Shown: positions 58,727 to 64,000 of the stretch, in pieces
Position numbering within the stretch: the stretch's first letter is position 1
Layout of the letters: each line of letters starts with the position of its first letter
Assembly (NCBI GenBank): GCA_964344295.1
Contig: CAYFMR010000003.1
Coordinates: 54,899-118,898, forward strand
Reading direction: 5' to 3'
Source: an uncultured Peptoniphilaceae bacterium
GTDB lineage: Bacteria; Bacillota; Clostridia; Tissierellales; Peptoniphilaceae
DNA: 64,000 nt
Made by a program: the position numbers and the translations under genes
Notes under the pieces: model-generated
Database searches by the model: none
Told to the model about the DNA's origin: nothing
Seen by the model: the letters and a program-made list of their open reading frames with translations, nothing else

Positions 58727-60085
58727 TTAAAGATTTTGAAGACTTGTTAAGATGAGGGCCAGCCCTTCTTGGATTTGTGTCTCATCCATGGCACCGAATC
58801 CCAAAAGCAGGGTGAGCGATGAAGGGGAAGGGGTAATCATTTGTAGGTAGATGCCGGCTTCTTTCAATTTAGCATCAAGTTGTTGAGGATTAGGCGAAGG
58901 TGTCAGGGTGACAAGTAGGTGGAGACCGGCATCGGCTCCGCTGACGGTGTGGGGCACAGGCCAGGAGGCTAGGGTTTTCACCATAACCTCTCGTCTTTTA
59001 CGGTAACGGTGACGCATGCGGTTAATGTGCCGTTCAAAGTGGCCTTTGGCCATGAACTGTGCCAATACCAGTTGGGTCAAGGTGGGAACGGTGGGGGAGG
59101 TCAGGTCCTGGGAGGTTTCGTAGGCTTCAATGAATGCAGGGGGCAAGACCATGTAGCTGATGCGTAGAGCAGGGGAAAGGCATTTGGAGAAGCTGCCCAG
59201 ATAGATGACGCGACCGGTTTTATCTAGCGATTTAAGCGGGGGGATCGGGTGGCCTTGGTATTTGAATTCACTGTCGTAATCGTCTTCCAAGAGATAGCCG
59301 TCTCTAGCTTCGCACCAGTTTAATAGCTCTTGACGTCGTCCGACAGGCATGACGACGCCGGTGGGGAACTGGTGACTAGGTGTGGTATAAAGAACGTTGA
59401 TGTTGGAATCAGAAGGGACAATGAGACCTTTGTCATCCAAAGGAAGAAGGGAAAAGGGAAGGCGCTCCCGTTGCAGAGCAGAGGAAATGCGCTCGTATCC
59501 GGGATCCTCCAGCCCGAAGTGGCGTTTACCTGGCAGAATCTGCAACAAGATCGGAAGCAGGCTCTCTACGCCGCTGCGGATGATGACTTGTTCCGGATGG
59601 ACGTGCAGATTGCGGTTATCCAGCAGGTAATGAGCGATGGCAGTGCGTAGTTTTTCGTGGCCGCGATGGTCGCCCACTATGGCCATTTCTTCCGGATGTG
59701 CGCTTAGAACGTCCCTGGTCAAACGTCCCCAAAGCGGTGCAGGAAAGCTGTGGGGGTCAACGGCGTGGGCAGAAAAGTCAAACCGATAGGGTTGTGGGAT
59801 GTTCTGGGGAGCGATATCATGCTGCATGGTTTTGGTGACCACTTGATGATTCACAGGGTGCACAAAACAACCCTGTCGTTCCTTAGAGTAAAGGTAGCCC
59901 TCATCTTGCAACTGAAGATAAGCTGCCATGACTGTATTTTGGCTAATGTTAAGGTGTTGGGCCAAGTTGCGCTTACTAGGAAGTTTTTCGTGAGCGGCGA
60001 TGGTGCCATCTAAGATGGCTTGTTTGATAGCGTCATAGAGTTGGCGATAAAGAGGGGTTTTGGCGTGAAAGTTAACTGTAATCAT
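58727..60085 (-). CDS. pdxR: MocR/GntR-family PLP-dependent transcriptional regulator, PdxR-like
   Basis: N-terminal GntR wHTH ([18 protein letters not shown]) plus an aminotransferase class-I fold with SFSK PLP-lysine. Divergent from pdxS. Start ATG 60085 after GGAGG. Confidence 0.85.
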   Translation of the reverse strand: MITVNFHAKTPLYRQLYDAIKQAILDGTIAAHEKLPSKRNLAQHLNISQNTVMAAYLQLQDEGYLYSKERQGCFVHPVNHQVVTKTMQHDIAPQNIPQPYRFDFSAHAVDPHSFPAPLWGRLTRDVLSAHPEEMAIVGDHRGHEKLRTAIAHYLLDNRNLHVHPEQVIIRSGVESLLPILLQILPGKRHFGLEDPGYERISSALQRERLPFSLLPLDDKGLIVPSDSNINVLYTTPSHQFPTGVVMPVGRRQELLNWCEARDGYLLEDDYDSEFKYQGHPIPPLKSLDKTGRVIYLGSFSKCLSPALRISYMVLPPAFIEAYETSQDLTSPTVPTLTQLVLAQFMAKGHFERHINRMRHRYRKRREVMVKTLASWPVPHTVSGADAGLHLLVTLTPSPNPQQLDAKLKEAGIYLQMITPSPSSLTLLLGFGAMDETQIQEGLALILTSLQNL

Positions 60086-60164
60086 AAGACCTCCTGGTAC
60101 CATAAAATGTTGTAATTTTGGTTCTTTTTATCATATCAGAAAAGGAGTAAGATGGGGACAATAT

Positions 60165-61052
60165 TTGGAAAGGGTGAGTCAATTGAAACAATGGAAAACG
60201 CAGGAAGAATTGCTGGCATTTTTAAAAGGTGGCGTGATTATGGATGTCACCACGCCAGAACAGGCTAAAATTGCCGAAGAAGCCGGTGCAAAAGCGGTTA
60301 TGGCTTTGGAACGCATCCCGGCTGACATCCGTGCAGCTGGCGGTGTCAGTCGCATGAGTGACCCGAAAATGATCAAAGAGATTATAGAAACCGTATCTAT
60401 CCCCGTGATGGCCAAGGTGCGTATTGGCCATTTTGTAGAAGCACAGATCTTGGAAGCCATCGGCATTGATTTCATCGACGAAAGTGAAGTGCTTTCTCCG
60501 GCAGATGAAGTGTTCCATATCAATAAGAAAGACTTTAAAACGCCATTTGTCTGTGGTGCACGCAACTTGGGAGAAGCCCTCCGCCGTATTGCCGAAGGGG
60601 CAACCATGATCCGCACGAAAGGTGAACCAGGAACCGGTGACGTGGTACAAGCGGTAACCCATATGCGTCGCATTCAGGAAGAGATTGCCCAGGTGGCTGC
60701 AGCAAGAGAAGATGAACTCTACGTATGGGCTCGTGATTTACAAGTGCCCTATGACCTGGTGTGCTATGTGCATGAACATAAAAAACTGCCTGTGTTAAAC
60801 TTCTCTGCAGGCGGGGTGGCCACGCCGGCAGACGCAGCTCTGATGCGTCAACTGGGTGCAGAAGGTGTATTTGTTGGCTCCGGTATCTTCAAATCCGGTG
60901 ACCCGGTAAAACGTGCCAAAGCCATCGTGATGGCTGTGGACAACTACGACAACCCTGAAGTAATCGCCCGCGTCTCCGAAGATTTAGGCGAAGCCATGGT
61001 TGGCATCAACGAATCGGAAATTGAAGTCATCATGAGCGAACGCGGCATCTAA
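60165..61052 (+). CDS. pdxS: pyridoxal 5'-phosphate synthase lyase subunit PdxS
   Basis: [50 protein letters not shown]. The start is uncertain. TTG 60165 gives MERVSQLK... like other PdxS, but the only strong SD serves an out-of-frame ATG at 60152. Confidence 0.9.
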   Translation: MERVSQLKQWKTQEELLAFLKGGVIMDVTTPEQAKIAEEAGAKAVMALERIPADIRAAGGVSRMSDPKMIKEIIETVSIPVMAKVRIGHFVEAQILEAIGIDFIDESEVLSPADEVFHINKKDFKTPFVCGARNLGEALRRIAEGATMIRTKGEPGTGDVVQAVTHMRRIQEEIAQVAAAREDELYVWARDLQVPYDLVCYVHEHKKLPVLNFSAGGVATPADAALMRQLGAEGVFVGSGIFKSGDPVKRAKAIVMAVDNYDNPEVIARVSEDLGEAMVGINESEIEVIMSERGI

Positions 61053-61132
61053 TCAGCCAGAAATTTTCCACATGATGGCCGATGTGGTGGTAGATGCATA
61101 CCAGGCCCTCTATCTGGAAGAGTGAGTGAATC

Positions 61133-61187
61133 AAAACACGCCATGCCCGGCAACAGAGCTGGGTATGGCGTGTTTTTCATTTTGTGA
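61133..61187. terminator. terminator after pdxS, usable on both strands
   Basis: AAACACGCCATGCCC (61134-61148) pairs with GGGTATGGCGTGTTT (61161-61175) with a G-U pair, followed by a T-rich tract. Confidence 0.7.
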
Positions 61188-61498
61188 TAAGGGAAGGTGG
61201 GTTACGGTTTTTCCCTTGGCAAACGATGGACGCTTGGGCGACACAGTGGAAGCGGCCGTCAAACATGGAATCACCAGGGACGCCTAAGAAGAACTGCTTT
61301 CCCAGGCCAGCCGTACCTGCGCTTAAAGCATCATCGTTTTACATCGTAGCGTGATTTGTTAAGAGGACGGGGCGATCTGTGGCATGGTGCTTGTTGTGTT
61401 GGCGGATGAGCGAAAGCGTTCCCGTGTGCAAGATGAGAAAGCGCCAGGACGGTGAATTGTGTCTTGACGCTTTGGCGTACTTGGCCACGCAGGAGAGG

Positions 61499-62173
61499 TC
61501 ATTGCTTCCGTGGACTTGCAGGAGAGCGTTGGTCTCTTGAGTCGGACCATAGGTTTTGGATTTCGGAAAAGGTGGGCCAGTGGGACCAAAAAGCATCGCA
61601 GGTGGCTAAGATGGCATCACGGTGCTCGGTTTGCGAAGGGTCTGCTAAGGCGATGACGATGGCTCCCGCCTTTTTGGCACCCTCCATGGCGTGAAGGGCA
61701 TCTTCATAGACCGCGAAAGGAGTGCCTTGGGGAACGATAGCACGGTAAAAGCGGGGATCGTCTTTCGTGTAGCCCACCTCATCGACAGTGTAGAGGGGAA
61801 GCTGAGCCAACCCCAATCGCTTAAGGGCGAGCTCGGCTAATGGACGCGGGGTCGCGGTGGCGATAAAGGCCGGATCACAGGAGGTCCGTGCGGACAGGAC
61901 GTAGTCATAAGCACCGGGCTTTAGTGGTAAAACGTGGGCGTAGGCATGGGTGATGGTGTCTTCCAAAGTCCTTTCGATCGCTTGTGGCGTCTCTTGGGGG
62001 AGCAAGGTATCGTGAAAGTATTGGGCAGCCATGGGCAGAGTCATAGCGTGGAGTAGCTCAAAGTAAGCCGAGTCCGGGAAAATACCTCTGGAAGACAAAA
62101 AATCTCTGCCTAGGTTTCTCCAGATGGACATAGAGTCCAGCAGGGTACCATCCAGGTCAAATAGATGAATCAT
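61499..62173 (-). CDS. HAD-superfamily hydrolase
   Basis: Motif I FDLDGTLLDS. Cap and core are consistent with a subfamily IA phosphatase. ATG follows GAAAGGAG. Confidence 0.8.
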   Translation of the reverse strand: MIHLFDLDGTLLDSMSIWRNLGRDFLSSRGIFPDSAYFELLHAMTLPMAAQYFHDTLLPQETPQAIERTLEDTITHAYAHVLPLKPGAYDYVLSARTSCDPAFIATATPRPLAELALKRLGLAQLPLYTVDEVGYTKDDPRFYRAIVPQGTPFAVYEDALHAMEGAKKAGAIVIALADPSQTEHRDAILATCDAFWSHWPTFSEIQNLWSDSRDQRSPASPRKQ

Positions 62174-62302
62174 GAATGAGCTCCTTTCATCGTAGGGGGC
62201 CGGTTAGGCGGGAAGGATGGACCAGATTGTGGCATCACTAAAAGATTTGTCATGAGATATGATATAATGATGCAAGAATAAGACACGTAAGGAGAAATAC
62301 CT

Positions 62303-64000
62303 ATGGATATCAACATGACATTGGCCACTGAATTTCAAACGTCTCCTCCTATTGTACAAAATATTATTCAATTAGTGGAGGAAAAAAATACGATTCCTTT
62401 TATTGCTCGCTATCGTAAAGAACAAACGGGCAATATGGATGATGAAGTATTGCGCAAGTTAGTGGAGCGTTGGGAGTATTTGACCAATCTGGAGACCAAA
62501 AAAGACGAAGTAAAAAAACGCCTCGTGGAATTAGGCCACGAAGATGAGACGCTCTTTGCGGCCATTGACCAAACGATGACGTTGCAAGAAATTGATGATC
62601 TCTATCGACCTTATCGCCCGAAACGCCGCACCAGGGCTCAAGTGGCGATGGAAAGAGGGCTGGAGCCGTTAGCTGAGCTGCTATGGGCTGGAGAGATGGA
62701 TGATGAAGCCCTGCGCGTGGAGTCGGAAAAGTTTCTGGGGGAAGAAGTTCCCACGGCGAAAGAGGCGTTGCAAGGTGCTTCAGATATTATTGCCGAGCGT
62801 GTTTCAGATGACCCTGACAATCGCTCCTTGGTGAAAAAGTTTATGGAACGCACAGCGTATTATCAGACCGTGGGCGTAGAGGAAGACATCACTCCCTACG
62901 AAATGTACGCGGACCATCGGGAACTCTATCGACTGGCACCAGGGTATCGGGTGTTGGCGATGAATCGAGCAGAGCGTGAAAAGAAGCTGCGCGTGAGTTT
63001 AGATGTGAACCACGAGCAGATTGTAGGCTTGCTTTCCCATGGCGTGGTGAAATCGGAGGACCAGGTGCTGTTACAGGAGGCCATTGAAGACGGCTGGAAA
63101 CGACTGATGTTTCCGTCGGTGGAGCGGGAAATGCGTCAGTTGAGCACAGAAACAGCGGAAGAAGAAGCCATTGCGGTTTTCGGACGTAACTTGCGTCCCC
63201 TGTTGATGCAGGCACCGCTGTGGGATCAAGGAGTCATTGCTTTGGATCCTGGTTTTCGCACCGGCTGCAAGGTGGTGGCCCTAGGAAAGCAAGGAGAACT
63301 TTTGGACCATGACGTCATCTATCCGACAGTACCAAGAGAAGATATCGTTAGAGCGAGAAAGATTTTAAATCACCTGGTGGAGGCTTACGATATCCATGTC
63401 ATCGCCATTGGAAACGGAACGGCTTCGCGGGAGACGGAGCAGTTTGTGGCAGATTGGATCAGAGAAGAGCAACCTGACCTGCACTACACCATTGTCAACG
63501 AGGCTGGAGCCTCCATTTATTCGGCTTCGGAGTTGGCGAAAAAGGAAATGGGAGAATATGATGTCACCGTGCGGGGAGCGGCCTCTATCGGACGCCGTTT
63601 GCAAGATCCTCTGGCCGAGTTGGTGAAGATTCACCCACGCCATCTAGGGGTTGGCCAATACCAGCACGACTTGAACAACCAAAGACTGGATCAGGTGCTG
63701 ACAGATGTGGTGGAATCCTGCGTCAACACTGTTGGCGTAGATTTAAACACCGCCAGCCCGGCATTGATGAATTATGTGGCGGGGATTTCCAATAAAGTAG
63801 CCCAACATGTGGTAGAACATCGTACGACCATCGGGCGCTTTACCAATCGTAAGCAGCTGCTAGACGTCAAAGGCTTGGGACCTAAAACTTTTGAGCAATG
63901 TGCCGGTTTTTTGCGCATCCCGGATGGTGATGAACCCTTGGACAATACAGCAGTGCACCCGGAGTCCTATGACTTGGCGAGAAAAGTGCAAGCAGAAGGG
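62303..64000 (+). CDS. tex: Tex-like transcription accessory protein (YqgF/HhH/S1 family); 3' end cut by window edge
   Basis: Not in the ORF track because it has no stop in the window. ATG 62303 lies 8 nt after AAGGAG. Translation MDINMTLATEF...IPFIARYRKE..., YqgF-like IALDPGFRTGCK...IAIGNGTASRE, HhH region VGVDLNTAS...LLDVKGLGPK. Open through nt 64000. Confidence 0.9.
   Translation, partial: MDINMTLATEFQTSPPIVQNIIQLVEEKNTIPFIARYRKEQTGNMDDEVLRKLVERWEYLTNLETKKDEVKKRLVELGHEDETLFAAIDQTMTLQEIDDLYRPYRPKRRTRAQVAMERGLEPLAELLWAGEMDDEALRVESEKFLGEEVPTAKEALQGASDIIAERVSDDPDNRSLVKKFMERTAYYQTVGVEEDITPYEMYADHRELYRLAPGYRVLAMNRAEREKKLRVSLDVNHEQIVGLLSHGVVKSEDQVLLQEAIEDGWKRLMFPSVEREMRQLSTETAEEEAIAVFGRNLRPLLMQAPLWDQGVIALDPGFRTGCKVVALGKQGELLDHDVIYPTVPREDIVRARKILNHLVEAYDIHVIAIGNGTASRETEQFVADWIREEQPDLHYTIVNEAGASIYSASELAKKEMGEYDVTVRGAASIGRRLQDPLAELVKIHPRHLGVGQYQHDLNNQRLDQVLTDVVESCVNTVGVDLNTASPALMNYVAGISNKVAQHVVEHRTTIGRFTNRKQLLDVKGLGPKTFEQCAGFLRIPDGDEPLDNTAVHPESYDLARKVQAEG

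Noticed and set aside
61072-61125. 17-codon ORF (MMADVVVDAYQALYLEE) after pdxS, and plus-strand fragments such as GAICGMVLVVLADE, as possible pdxT remnants
   Set aside because: Similarity to PdxT motifs (GTCAG...LLA) is too weak and not collinear. The fragments lie on both sides of the pdxS terminator. The remnant idea cannot be supported without a search.
61339-61596. 85-aa and 76-aa minus-strand ORFs overlapping the HAD 3' end
   Set aside because: They overlap the well-supported HAD gene in other frames. They have no SD and low-complexity Pro/Ser/Thr-rich products.
1-64000. CRISPR arrays, IS elements, prophage genes, and known defence or toxin-antitoxin gene pairs
   Set aside because: I found no regularly spaced repeats, no transposase, integrase or recombinase motifs, and no recognisable defence domains on either strand. 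The dGTPase-like gene sits in its conserved housekeeping position upstream of dnaG.

Overview
The window is a chromosomal core region of a Bacillota (Firmicutes) anaerobe. It is most likely Clostridia-like: the RNase P RNA is type A, nrdDG and a glycine-cleavage operon are present, and gene order follows the Bacillus-type relA-dtd-aspS and phoH-ybeY-cdd-era-recO-glyQS-dnaG-sigA arrangement. I support about 60 protein genes, mostly on the + strand, plus rnpB, two tRNAs (Gly-GCC and Arg-ACG, both with encoded CCA), about 15 intrinsic terminators and several sigma-A-type promoters. I found no CRISPR array, transposase, integrase, prophage or recognisable defence genes.

The parts that are not plain housekeeping are these:
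1. A four-gene envelope O-acyl-transfer module (SGNH + DUF4358 lipoprotein + MBOAT + DHHW), with an LCP ligase and a DUF1624 acyltransferase nearby.
2. An SH3/NlpC-P60 peptidoglycan hydrolase whose promoter is preceded by a perfect WalR-type direct repeat (TGTAAC-N5-TGTAAC).
3. An orphan lipoprotein flavoenzyme (FMN_bind domain with a flavinylation motif plus an FAD fumarate-reductase-like domain).
4. A minus-strand operon ytxH-DUF948-lipid kinase-orphan LuxR response regulator.
5. A rarD (DMT) transporter adjacent to a CyuA/YhaM-type cysteine desulfidase.
6. Two frame anomalies at short T-runs: a split yibE/F gene, and an out-of-frame strong start upstream of pdxS.
7. Four unassigned non-coding stretches (about 7120-7385, 50538-50756, 52019-52527 and 61188-61498). 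The first has nested alternative helices and small antisense ORFs.
8. No classical leader RNA upstream of gcvT, thiW or glyQS.

No single clearly novel multi-gene system stands out. The candidates above are ranked by interest in the findings. All functional calls rest on motif and family recognition by eye. No database search was run.
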